Shown: positions 1 to 11,672 of the stretch, in pieces
Numbering within the stretch: the first letter of the stretch is position 1
Layout of the letters: the number at the start of each line of letters is the position of its first letter
DNA from: Octopus vulgaris
Taxonomy: Eukaryota
Assembly: GCA_951406725.2 (NCBI GenBank)
Contig: OX597823.1
Span: 25,730,001 to 25,794,000 of the forward strand
Direction of reading: 5' to 3'
Length of the DNA stretch: 64,000 nucleotides
Program-made: the position numbers and the translations under genes
The notes under the pieces: model-generated
What the model was told of the DNA's origin: nothing
Database searches by the model: none
What the model saw: the letters and a program-made list of their open reading frames with translations, nothing else

Positions 1-710
1 AGATCAGATGTGACATTTCACCGATAACCCTGACACTGAATCTTTCTACTCTTGTGTTTCTCCAGCTTATAGGCAGGTGCGTCGCTTTGTATTTGGTTTT
101 GTACTATCACCCCTTCTTCTGTTTTAAAAAGGAATATTAGCTCACATGAAATATATGCCAAGGCTGCTTCCAAATCATAGTTGAATAGGACAAGAAAATC
201 AACTATATTTTTGGTAAGAGATACATTGTTTTCTACCTCACTGACATGGATTTGCGGAAGGCTTGCCACAGTTCAGTGAACAAAATACTAGAAGGCTTTC
301 AATCTTTCAACAAAATGTTCTATACTAAAAGTTTCCTCTTCAAAAGAACACAAGCAAAAGACATGTTTTACTTATTCGTGTTTACATCCTAAGTGCATGT
401 ATTTGTTGCTGTTGACAAAAATTCTAATCGGTGGAGTCAACATATCTGTTTTCTTTTAGTTCGTGTTTACAATTAATACTTTGCGTTTCAATTAATTCAG
501 CTTTCTGAAGGGTTTCTATTCTGTATGTGAAATGTATTATTTAGTACATTTTCAGTTTTGTTTTTGGAGACATGGTGTAAAATTCTCATGACTATTTTTC
601 TTTTACTATATTATGTCAGTAGCGTGAGAGAAAAGAAATTTTGTTCAAAAATATACAAAAACCTTATTTCTTTTGAAAGTCCAAACTTTAGAAATTTATC
701 TCTATGCGAG

Positions 711-1273
711 TATTTTGGGGTAAAAACTCTATTTCAAGTGTTAAAATCATTTTTTCTTTTTGTAAACAAAACACTTACATACGTCGCATTGTATAATAAA
801 AATATTAATCCATCACTTCTCCGCCCCCTTTTTTCTGAGAGGCACCTTCTCCATAAGATCCTATCAGAAGCAATCGTCATTAGACTTAGCGGCTGGATTC
901 CCAAGCGTGATCAACAGAAAGTATGGATATTATAGAACCATCTCGCTCTCGGCCTACCTCAAGTCTCCTGTTGGTTGGGGTATTTTGGGGTAAAAACTTT
1001 ATTTCAAGTGTTAAAATAATTTTTTTCTTTTTGTAGATAAAACGTTTACATACGTCGCATTGTATGATAAAAATATTAATCCATCATTTCTCCGCCCCCT
1101 ATTTTCTGAGAGGATCATGGTATTAAAGTCCCCACACACCTTCTCCATAAGATCTTATCAGAAGCAATCGTCAGTAGACTTAGCGGCTGGATTCCCAAGC
1201 GTGATCAACTGAAAGTATAGATATTATACAACCATCTGGCTCTCGGCTTACCCCAAGTCTCCTGCTGGTTGGC
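711..1273. repeat. ~270-bp tandem duplication spanning the LINE 3' end
   Basis: TATTTTGGGGTAAAAACT... recurs at 711 and 981; the second copy has a ~25-bp extra segment. Confidence 0.9.
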
Positions 1274-1630
1274 TCGGCTTGAAGAATCCGACATGCAATT
1301 CTTTCCTACAACATTCTAATCATATGTCCGTAGAACCGAGCCTGTGACTTCTCAGAGTGGAATACGAGTAACTCGATCTGGAGAGGTTTCCTGATCTCCA
1401 GGCTATGCACCCTGTCGAGTAACGTTACTCCAGAGATCCCCAGGAGGAATCCCATTTTGGCCACTGTATTCGCGATCGTATTCATTAGATCATTACCCGA
1501 CATTCGGCTTTGTATCCGTTCGGTTTCTTGTTCTTCAACAAAAGTGCATTCGGCATCCTGCCCGCGCATGAGTACGAACACAGACCAATGTATACAGATA
1601 TAGAAGGTTGAATTCCTCTTGATCACATAT
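820..1630 (-). mobile_element. RTE-clade LINE 3' remnant
   Basis: Translates to LGISGVTLLDRVHSLEIR...FYGHMIRM...GRPRARW...LGI...DRILWRR, a typical RTE ORF2 C-terminus, with stops. Confidence 0.7.
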
Positions 1631-1764
1631 TACAGAGTAAGATGTACATTGCCAAGCCAATAAACATAGATACACTACAGAGAGATAGATTTTGAAGCAG
1701 TACCTCTGCGAGTCATTATTGTTTTTATTATCAGAATTTTATAAAAATCGTACGGACAACTTAC

Positions 1765-1859
1765 TTGTGTTCTATTCCCAAGAAAGGCGATGGACCGCAG
1801 AGCAATAATGCACTGACAAGTAAAATATTTGACACAATGAGCAGACTTTTCGAATCTGA
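1765..1859 (-). CDS. SLC18B1: SLC18B1-like MFS transporter, coding exon 9 (gene continues beyond left edge)
   Basis: tttcctttcAG|...|GTaagt; 95 nt; SDSKSLLIVSNILLVSALLLCGPSPFLGIEH with the SLC18B1-type 'LLGPxP' motif. Confidence 0.88.
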
Positions 1860-2424
1860 CTGAAAGGAAAATAAACACATTAATTAGCTATTCAGTATTC
1901 TGAAATATACTAATATATCAATATTATACATAGTGTTAGGAAATTATAATTTGTAATGTTAAGTTAAACAGGTAAATAGTTTTTCATGTTTACTGTAAGG
2001 TCAGGATGAAGTCCATTGTCAAAATAGGGGAAGCTAGGTGTTATTAGCCAAAACTGTGAAATTATAACAAATTCGCTAGACCTTGGCCAACCTTTATAAG
2101 CAGAGATAATTTCCCCCTACCAACCCCGTTTTTGTGACAGTTTTTTTTTTTTTTTCTGTGAGACAAAGTTGTTCAATTAGATTCTGGAAGCTATGATTGC
2201 CTGTTTAGTTTATTCACATTGTGCTTCGTGTTAGGCATTTAGGGATTTATTTTTTATGCTCCAGGAATTCGCCAGAACTTTTGTCAGATTTAAAATAATT
2301 TCGTGTCACATCTGGGTGAGTACAAAAATTCTCTTAAGTTATGATGTTATAATATTTATGTGAATTTCGAACCCTGCATTTGTTTTAGGTTGTGTAGTAA
2401 TTTTGCTAGCTATTTTCTGTTAAG

Positions 2425-2644
2425 CTGGCAGAAACGTTAGCGCGCCGGGCGAAATGCTTAGCAGTATTTCGTCTGCCGTTACGTTGAATTCAAATTCCGA
2501 TGAGGTCGACTTTGCCTTTCACCCTTTCGGGGTCGATTAAATAAGTACCAGTTACGCACTGGGGTCGATGTAATCGACTTAATCCCTTTGTCTGTCCTTG
2601 TTTGTCCCCTCTATGTTTAGCCCCTTGTGGGCAATAAAGAAATA
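2425..2644 (+). mobile_element. Octopus-type SINE with 14-bp TSD
   Basis: ctggcagaaacgttagc...gttcaaattccg...ggggtcgat...taaagaaat body; TATTTTCTGTTAAG duplicated at 2411-2424 and 2645-2658. Confidence 0.9.
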
Positions 2645-3915
2645 TATTTTCTGTTAAGATAAATGTTAAAATTTGTAGAAATAGCAAAAGGGTGTATGAA
2701 TTTAATTTTTTCATGTAGCCAATTTTTTGTATTAGACAACTAACTGTAAATTTTGTCTACTCAGCATGCTTTTAGGAAACAGTTTTGTGTGAATTTATAG
2801 CAAACAAAATTTTTGTTTGACTATTTAATTTTTTTACTATAATTATTGATGTAGCCTGGCAGCCGTTTGTTATGAACTTTTAGTTTAACTGATTGCTTTG
2901 ACATTAGATTTATGTTTAGAGGTTCGAAATCCAAGGTTCGAAAACCGAATTTTTACTAAAATGGAAATTCAGATTTTCGGGATCCATATTTTTTGAAAAC
3001 CAAATTTGTGAGGTCAATTATGGTGAAACCAAAATTTGTGAATCCAGAGTTTCCGATCCAAGTTTGTGAAATCAAGTTGGTGAAGCCGGGATTTTGAGTC
3101 AGAATTTCTGAACTGTATATATATGTTACCTTTGTAAATATTTTGACTGCACGTCTGGTGTTGCATTGGTTTGTTTTTGTTCATATATATTTGTTTTGTA
3201 TGTAGGGTGTTTTTTTATGCTGACAATTGTTAATAATATTTTACAAAAGACTGCGTGGTGTGCTGTTTGGGGTTCAGCTGATCTTTGTTGATTTTGTAAA
3301 TTCGGGTTATGGCCACGAGGTCGTAACAATAGTCTAGCTGTAGTACAATTTTTAGTATAGGTATTCAAGCAACTGACTTTCGAATCGTTAACAACCATCA
3401 ATTTTGGCATAAAGTTCGCCGATCCTCCAAGGTTATCTAGCTAATTACAATCCTTGGAACTTATATGTAACCGAAACATTACTAGCCATTCCTTTCACTA
3501 CATATCCCACCTTCCTTGAGTAACTCAAACCTTACACTCTCTCTTACATCAATCTATTCTCTGAAGTAACAAAATGGAAGTAGTTCATACCTTACACCAT
3601 CTCCTAAACTAACTATCTCTGTAGGATTGGAATAGAAAGTGCAAGAGAGAGAGGTTACAGTTTGGTTTGCCTTCTGTATCCCTGCCTAATAACATTCCCC
3701 CCATATGTAAAGTGATGTCAATGTATGTCAGATGGTCTTAGTGTCACTAAGGAACTTTTTCAAGCTGAAAATCCTAGTCATATTTCCCTCAAATCACACC
3801 CAATTTTTTAAAAATAAATGTTATATCGAACAACGTAATTCCTGATCTACAGAAACACTTTTCCTCATAGATCAGTTCGGTCAAGACTGATCTGGGGTTA
3901 AGCAGCAACATCAGT

Positions 3916-4275
3916 GGAGGCGCAATGGCCCAATGGTTAGGGCAGCGGACTCACGGTCGGAGGACTCGCGGTTTCAATTCCCAGACCGGGCGTTGTGTGT
4001 GTTTATTGAGCGAAGACACCTAAAGCTCCACGATGCTCTGACAGGGGGTGGTGGCGACCCCTGTTGTACTCTTTCGCTCCAACTTTCTCTCACTCTTTCT
4101 TCCTGTTTCTTATCCCCGACTTCCTACGCAACCGCTGAGGCTGGACGCACATTCATCCATCAGTTGATGCTCTCGGTATCGGGGTTTGACCTACTTTCTC
4201 TTCTGCGGGTCTTACGAATAGCAAAGGACCACGTTTCGGACTTCTCCCACTCTGGGACGAAGACCGCTTCGCTCA
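3916..4275 (+). mobile_element. tRNA-derived SINE, second family
   Basis: tRNA-like head with A box (TGGCCCAATGG) and degenerate B box (GGTTTCAATTCC), followed by an unrelated body. Confidence 0.75.
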
Positions 4276-4889
4276 ACAGCAACAACAGCAGCAACAACAA
4301 ATCACATCAAGGCCCACTTTGTCTTTAGTTTTTTTCAGAATCCCTAAATAAAATATCATTCTATTAGTGATATCGCTTTTCCCCCCGCTCCTTCTGTCTG
4401 TCTTTCTCTCTTCTCAAAAGAATCATCTGTTATTAAACACGGAGAAGATTGATTTCACCAAGACTAAAATTGCTAAAGATATCCGGTATGCCACAACGAC
4501 GCCCCTACAACTCCATCAAGAGGGCTCAAGGCGAAGCATAATCTTCCTATCATAACTATGTACAACAAAGCAGACAGCATAAGCTAACGTTCAGTGCTTT
4601 GTTATGGACAGCACGTAACACTATCCAGTGCTGATACATTAGGTCTAGGGCATCATATATCCGCGCTAAAAGCATTTCTGTAGACACTATTTATAGCTAT
4701 ATGAATTACACTAGGGTATGCTGAATGTCATGTCTAGGGACACAGTCATAGCATACCCCTGACAGAATATGAACCTGTGACTAAAAGTAGCCCCTACCGA
4801 CCTACTTAACAACTTTCAAAAGTATTTTCAAGTTTTAAGTATATCCAGAAGTATATCTTGAAACATCACTGAAACAAAGGAATACTCAC

Positions 4890-4988
4890 TATTTTATACA
4901 CTATCCGAGCGTTCAATAAGGATGCGAGGCTATAACTGATACTGAGCAGCAAGTACATTACTCCTATCTCCGTCTGAGAAAAAGAAAA
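4890..4988 (-). CDS. SLC18B1: SLC18B1-like MFS transporter, coding exon 8
   Basis: tctttttaAG|...|GTgagt; 99 nt; FSFSQTEIGVMYLLLSISYSLASLLNARIVYKI (TM8); an in-frame alternative acceptor lies 15 nt inside. Confidence 0.85.
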
Positions 4989-5369
4989 CTTAAAAAGACA
5001 AAAAGAATTCGCTTCGTTAGTCTAACGTTTAATATTTTCAAAGGGAAAAACGTTTGTTACCTTTATTGACTTAGGTCGACCTTTGACAGACACCTTTCCC
5101 TCAGCCTATTTCTGGACAGGTACTAATAGTAATTTAAACACTAGATATATTCCCATTTTGCTGCCATTCTTTGCTCCGTAGAACAAGACTTTCACACAAG
5201 AATATTAGTTTCTGGTGAAAGAGACAGGATGTTTTGTGACATTTATTTAGACCTACTTTTCCTTTTGAAAGTCGTGTCTCGACGATATTGACTTTATTGT
5301 TTATTCGAAGAGTAATTCAAAGGAATTAATACGATCGTCAGTGCAAGTCTGTCGAATTATGTGACCTTT

Positions 5370-6046
5370 AAGGCGACGAGCTGACAGAAACGTTAGCATG
5401 CCGGCGAAATGCTTAGTGGTATTTCTTCTCTTTACGTTCTGAGATCAAATTCTGCCGAGGTCGACTTTGCCTTTCATCATTTCGGGGTCGATAAATTAAG
5501 TACCAGCTGTGTATTGGAGTCGATCTAATCGACTGGCCCCTTCCCAAAACATTTCGGGCCTTGTGCCTAGTGTAGACAAAAAAAAAGAATGATGTGACCT
5601 TTTACCTATGTAAAAAGTCCTTCTTTATGATTTGCAAAATACATCGAAATTTTCTTTTTCGTTCATCATAAAAATAATTAGATACGTTTTTGGAAATCAT
5701 GCATTTTTCGGGGTCGATAACTTAAGTACCAGTGAAACACTGGAGTCGATATAATCGACTATTCCCCGTCCCCCGCCAAATTTCAAGCCTTGTGCTTATA
5801 GTACTAAGGATTATTATTATTATTATTAAGGTAGTGAACTGGCAGAATCGTTGGGACGCCGGGCAAAATGCTTAGCGGCATTTCGTCTGTCCTGACGTTC
5901 TGAGTTCAAATTCCGCTGAGGACGACTTTGCCCTTCATCCTTTCGGGGTCATTAAAATAAACACCAGTGAAACACTGGGATCGATGTAATTGACTAGTCA
6001 ACTCCCCACAAATTTCAGGCCTTGTGCCTTTACTAGAAAGGGTTAT
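5370..6046 (+). mobile_element. Cluster of three Octopus-type SINE copies/fragments
   Basis: Same consensus as 2425-2644 at ~5370-5580, 5705-5815 and 5828-6046. Confidence 0.85.
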
Positions 6047-6048
6047 TA

Positions 6049-6816
6049 TTGGGTTTGTACATAATTATTGCGGCTTTTTTTTCAACAAAAGCAATAACAA
6101 TAAGTAACAAAAACATCTTTAAATGATTATTCCAGATTTAAATGATTATTCCAGCATATTCACCATCTACTTCAATTACTGCTTCCCATTTGCTTGGCAG
6201 ACGGTCAGACTGTCATTTAAAGATGGTTTTGTTGATTTTGTTGTATAGAATTTGTTGAAAAAAAGCTGGGATCTTTTCTTTTTGAAAGCCAGATTTTTCT
6301 AGTTAACTAAATAATTTGAAACTTCGTATACTGGTAGAATGTGTCAAAAGAAAACAATAATTTCAACTAGTTTTTTTTGACAAAAATGTATTTTATAAGT
6401 TTAAACGTAGTTTAAATCTGCGAATTTTAACCAATCGTATTGTCTGTTTTCATTTGAAATTATTAGCTGCATAGTGTTAATGTGACGTAGATAGCTATTT
6501 TGTGAGTGGGTAAGCAGTAAGCAAACAGCTGTGGTAGATGTGGTTATTATGGCAGTGGTGGTAGTGGTGACAGTGGATGTGTATGATGGCAGCAATTATG
6601 GTGTTGGTGTTTTTGTAGAGGTGGTGGTGGTGGCAGTGGATGATGATGATGATAATGATGATAGTAGTAGTAGCATTGATTATGTTAGAATGTCTCATGG
6701 ATGGTAGTGTTGGTGTGTGTGTGTGTATGTATGGATCAAAACAGTTTGATTCAAATTCTGTGGTACTTATATATTCATACATACATGTAGATATAACATA
6801 TATATTGTATGTAAAC

Positions 6817-6860
<44 letters not shown>

Positions 6861-6933
6861 GTATGCATCTATAATACGCACACATTATAAATATATACAC
6901 ATATATGCATATGCATTAGAATATGTGTGTATA

Positions 6934-6965
<32 letters not shown>

Positions 6966-7387
6966 GCATATAAATATATATATATATATGCATATGTTTG
7001 TATACATGTGTGTGTAGCTATTTAGGATCTACACAAATTTTATATATACTCCACGAAGTTTACGATAAGCGGAGATGTTTACATTTTAGCTATTTACATG
7101 TTTACGTTAACTACGTCACAAAATAGCTGTTTACGTCACAGTAACAATATTTTGAGAAGCAGTAAATAATATGAGGCCGAAAGAAAGAATATCATTGGTT
7201 AAAATTCGAATTTTTAAACAACGTTAAACTTAGAAATTACAATTCCGTTTTCATTTTGGTTTACAATTATGTTTTCTTTTGACACATTCTACCAGTATAC
7301 GAAGTTTCAAATTGTTTAGTTAACTAGGAAAATCTGGCTTTTAAAAAGAAAAGATCCAAAAGCTGCAATAATTATGCACCAACCCAA
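6049..7387. mobile_element. mariner-derived MITE (TA TSD) interrupted by a nested element
   Basis: TA|TTGGGTTTGTACATAATTATTGCGGCTTTT ... AAAAGCTGCAATAATTATGCACCAACCCAA|TA; minus strand ~6150-6210 encodes DRLPSKWEAVIEVDGEY (mariner C-terminus). Confidence 0.85.
6269..7357. mobile_element. Non-autonomous long-TIR DNA transposon with 8-bp TSD (Merlin-like)
   Basis: GGATC...GATCC ends, ~235-bp inverted repeats (6269-6505 / 7117-7357), AAAAGCTG duplicated at 6261-6268 and 7358-7365; interior is simple repeats. Confidence 0.85.
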
Positions 7388-7456
7388 TATTCTTAAGGCG
7401 GTGAGTTGGCAGAAACGTTAGCAAGCCGGGCGAGATGCATTGCGGTATATCGTCTC

Positions 7457-8299
7457 TGTGAGTTGTACGAGCTTGTTTGTTTGGTTTGTAGTACTTTGTG
7501 CTGCGTTTGCAGCAATTTTTTAGTTGTTGTGCTGTCTCTCGGTAGTACTGAGAGATGGCAGGTGGACGTCGTGTATATTCGGACCTAAGCGAAACTGAGC
7601 TGTCCTCTTCGGAGGAAGAACTGATTGAGGCAGTAAAGATGTTGGACGCAAGTCTGGAAAAAAGTTTTGCAGAGGCAACCGAGATGCGAAGGAAGAAAAT
7701 AAACCTGGTAAATATGGAAAGAGACAGTAGAATGGCTGTAAAGGTGTGGAACGACGTGAGGTTGTCCCCACCGCAGACAAGGATGGAGGAAATCCAAAAG
7801 ATGGTAACGTACAAAGTTTACTCAGTTGAGAAAAAAAGAGTCGATCACATGGAGGAGAAAGAGATAGACAAGACGCTGATGACAGTCTGGTCAGATATTA
7901 CCTACCTGGCCAGAGGTAGCAAGTTCGGGACGATTATTGTTCATTATAAAACAGAGGAAAGAGCGATCGCCCACATGGGCAAGAAGATTGCCAAAATCAA
8001 AGTGGAAGGGATTCCCCCTGAAATCGATGCGGCTTGGGTGGTGGCAGCTCTCTTTATTGAAAGAGAAAAAGAGGTGAATGTAATTCAAGCGGAAGTGATG
8101 GAAGGAACAACATGGAAGGGACAAATCATCGAAATTACCGTCCAAGCTGAGGTGGAGGTCCTCGAAGTGCTTCCTGAGAACCTGTGGATTGGGGATTTGA
8201 TACTGAAAGTGTGGGTGGAGGGCAGGATTCCTCGCTGCTTTAAATGTTGCCAGAAAAGCCACATAAGAGTGAACTGCCCTCCACCACCAAAAATGGTAG
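7457..8299 (+). mobile_element. Tx1/L1-like LINE 5' UTR plus truncated ORF1
   Basis: ORF from 7555 with RRM-like 'KVEGIPPEI' and gag-type knuckle CFKCCQKSHIRVNC (CX2CX4HX4C); after ~8300 the ORF reads into SINE sequence. Confidence 0.7.
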
Positions 8300-10570
8300 A
8301 AATTAAGTACCAGTTACGCACTGGGGTCGTTGTAATCGACTTAATCCGTTTGTCTGTCCTTGTTTGTCCCCTCTGTGTTTAGCCCCTTGTGGGTAGTAAA
8401 GAAATAGGTACTTCGCCCGTCGCTACGTTTTGAGTATAAATTCCGCCGAGGTCGACGTTTCCTTTCACCCATTCGGTGTCGATAAAATAAGTACTAATTG
8501 AGCACTGGGTTGATGTAATCGATATATAGTCCTCCTGTGAATTTGCGGACCTTGTTGAAACAGTTATTACTATTATTAAGGCAGCGAGCTGGCTAAATAT
8601 ATACTTTCTTTTTACTCAATCCAAATTTGCAGTGTGTGTATTTCGTTCTTACATTGTCACCAGACTCTTTCGGCCCTTGTGGCCATTAAAAGAAATTTTT
8701 ATTATTAGATTGGCGGAATCGTTAAAGCGTTGGGCTACAGCTTTTTAAGTTGAGTGTTCAAATCTCGCCGAGATCAATTTTGCCTTCACCCTTCTGATTT
8801 CGAAAAAGTAAAGTAACGATCAAGTGATGGGGGTCGATTTAATCAGTTAACTCCTCTTTAAAAATTTCTGGCTGTATGCCTAATAATAACTTCAAATATA
8901 TGTACAGTATCTGAAATTTGGAGGAGGAGTACTTCATTGGTACTTTACTTTATCAAACCCGACAGGATGAAAGGCGGAGGTCACCTTCGCCTAATAATTT
9001 TTGCAGGGTTGATATAATAAACTATCAGCCAAGTCTTATCAGCTCACTTATCAGCCTGTCACTGAAATTCTGGCCTTGTTCTTACGTTTAAAATTATTAT
9101 AGGCAGTACATTGACAGATCTTTTCAATGTAGGATAAAATACTTTACGGTTTTTGTTCTAATACTGTTCTGAGTTCAAATCCTGGTGTCGATGAAATAAA
9201 GTACTCGTCAAGAATAGGGATCAATGACATCGACTTAATCCTGCTCTCAAAATTGCTAACCTTATATCAAAATTAAAAAAACATTAAAATGGCGGCGAGC
9301 TGGCAGATTCGTTAATCACCGGAAAAAATGCTTTGCGACATTTGTTCCGACTCTTTACGTTATGAACTCATATCCCATTGAAGTGAACTTTACCAGGATA
9401 AATAAAAGTAGGTCAAGTACTACGTCGATAGTTGTTGGTTTTATGCCATTACTAAGGTGGTGTGCAGGCTGAATCATTAGTGTGTCCGACTAAATGCTTA
9501 GCGGCATTTCTTCCGGCCCTTCACGTTCTGAGTTTAAATACCGCCGAGGTCAGCTTTGTCTTTCTTCCTTTTAGAGTCGATAAACTATAATACCAGTGAA
9601 GTACTGGATCGATGTAATCGACTAGCTCCACCCTCCCCACACACACTAAAAGTTTTACTGTGTGCCAAAATTTAAAACAATTATTATTGATATAAATAAA
9701 TGTTTCAAGTTTCGCCACAAAGTGTTCAAGTGGTACTTATTTTATCGACCTCGAAAGGCAAAGTCGACCTCAGCGAAATTTATACTCTGAACGTAACGAC
9801 GGGAGAAATATCGCTAAGCACTTCGTCTCGCGCGCAAACGATTCAGCCAGCTCACCGCCTTATAATACTGTAAATAATCATTTCTACTAAAGGCACAAGG
9901 CCTGAAATTTTCGGGTAAGAGGACTAGTCGATTACATCGACCCAGTGTGTTACTGTTAGTCGGGTTGATAAATTAAATACCCGAACGGATGAAAGGCAAA
10001 GCCAACATCAGAACGTAGTGACAGACGAAATACTCCTAAGCATTTCGGTCGGCGCGCTAACGATTCTGTCATCTCGCCGCCTTATATTACTGTAAAAAAT
10101 ACTTAAATCAAGGCGGCGAGCTGGCAGAAACGTTAGCACGCCGGGCGAAATGCTTAGCAGTATTTCGTCTGCCGTTACGTTCTCAGTTCAAATTCCGCCG
10201 AGGTCGACTTTGCCTTTCATCCTTTCGGGGTCGATAAATAAAGTACCAGTTACGCACTGGGGTCGATGTAATCGACTTAATCCCTTTCTCTCCTTGTTTG
10301 TTCCCTCTATGTTTAACCCCTTGTGGGTAATAAAGAAACAGATATTTCATCTGTCTTTACGTTCTGAGTTCAAATTCCGCCGAGGTCAACTTTGCCTTTC
10401 ATCCTTTCGGGGTCGATAAATTAAGTACCAGTTGCGTACTGGGGTCTATGTAATCGACTAGCCCTCTCCCCCAAAATTTCACGCTTTGTGCCTATAGTAG
10501 AAAGGATTATTTACAGTATTATAGGCGCCGAGCTGGCTGAATCGTTAGCGCCTAGAGTAGAAAAGAATAA
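8300..10570. mobile_element. Dense cluster of Octopus-type SINEs on both strands
   Basis: Repeated gagctggcaga / gttctgagttcaaat / ggggtcgat motifs; minus copies ~9725-10085 abut a composite plus copy 10109-10510. Confidence 0.85.
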
Positions 10571-10577
10571 TACTTAC

Positions 10578-10711
10578 ATCTTTAAGATGATACCAAAGGA
10601 AAACTTCTTGAAATGCGTATGGTAGTGTAATAACTACAAGAAGAAGAACGTTGTTGAAGATCTCCCAAGAATAAGTGAATCTTGACACTGAAGACCTTTC
10701 TTCTTTTTTAT
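10578..10711 (-). CDS. SLC18B1: SLC18B1-like MFS transporter, coding exon 7
   Basis: ttcttcctatttAG|...|GTaagt; 134 nt, open only in the phase required by exon 6; (N)KKEERSSVSRFTYSWEIFNNVLLLVVITLPYAFQEVFLWYHLKD. Confidence 0.85.
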
Positions 10712-11672
10712 CTAAATAGGAAGAAAAAATATAACTTGAGGATTTGCAGAACGTTTAGTATCGGACGAAATATTTTACTGTATTTCTTCCAGTTCTTTAC
10801 TATCCAAGTTCAAATCTTGCCGGCACAAGCTTTTATTTTCATCACTTCAGTAGTTTGATACAATGCAATATCAATCAAGTACTGGAGTGTATTTGATCGA
10901 CTAACCCTTGACCGAAAATCTTTGGCTTTGTGCCTATATAAGACACTTAGTAACATGGAATCAGTAACTAGTCTCCGATGAATCTTTGACAAAAGCTGAA
11001 ATCAATCATATCGATCTCACGTCTACGATAATGAAATACCACCACTTCCATAGTTTCAGGTGCATGGAAAGTGAATTATAAGCAGAAACAAGCGCAGTTT
11101 TCTGCCCTCTCCTTGTTGAAGTGTTGCGTAATCATTCATGGACTTCATTGGTTGATGTATGAAACATCCTGGAGCCTTTCATTAAAGCAGTGGAGGTGTC
11201 ACACATGTGCAACAATGAGATATTGTCGTTTCCACTGCTTCAGGTACACAGAAGGTATTGTATAGGCAAGAGTAATTGTGATTCTCTGGTCTTCAGCATG
11301 GATGTGTCTCTTGTTGAAGTGCTCTATGGCTGAAATTACTGTCTTCATTGATTAATTTTTAAGAAATGAAAATATGCAATCAATATGCATTATACATTAT
11401 ACTGCTGTATTAAATCATATATTATATTATATTATATTAGGCGCGGGAGTGGTTGTGTGGTAAGAAACCTGATTCTCAACCACATGGATCCGGGTTCAGT
11501 ACTCCTGCGTAGCACCTTAGGCAAGTACCTTCTACTATAGCCTCGTGCCGACCGAAGCCTTGTGAGTTGATTTGGTAGAAGGAAACTGAAAGTATCTCGT
11601 TCTATATATATGTATGCATTTGTGCGTCTATGTTTGTCCACTCACCATCACTTGACAACAGATGTAGGTGTT

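Noticed and set aside
18-445. Minus-strand reading frame MLTPPIRIF...VASLPQIHVSEVENN
   Set aside because: Several in-frame stops, no recognisable family, and it does not fit the expected next transporter exon
3916-3990. tRNA-like sequences (also 11439 and 11828)
   Set aside because: Incomplete cloverleafs continuing into repeat bodies; SINE heads, not tRNA genes
4713-4758. GGGTATGCT...AGCATACCC hairpin
   Set aside because: Only 9 clean bp; too short and imperfect to call a pre-miRNA or transposon end
6401-7017. ORFs rich in YI/HT/MM repeats (also at 17929, 27914, 32126, 47568, 51282)
   Set aside because: Translations of microsatellites
10960-11350. Possible mariner relic on minus strand (similarly weak relics at 30060-30520, 55260-55790, 56460-56900)
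   Set aside because: Only scattered short peptide resemblance; too decayed to annotate with confidence
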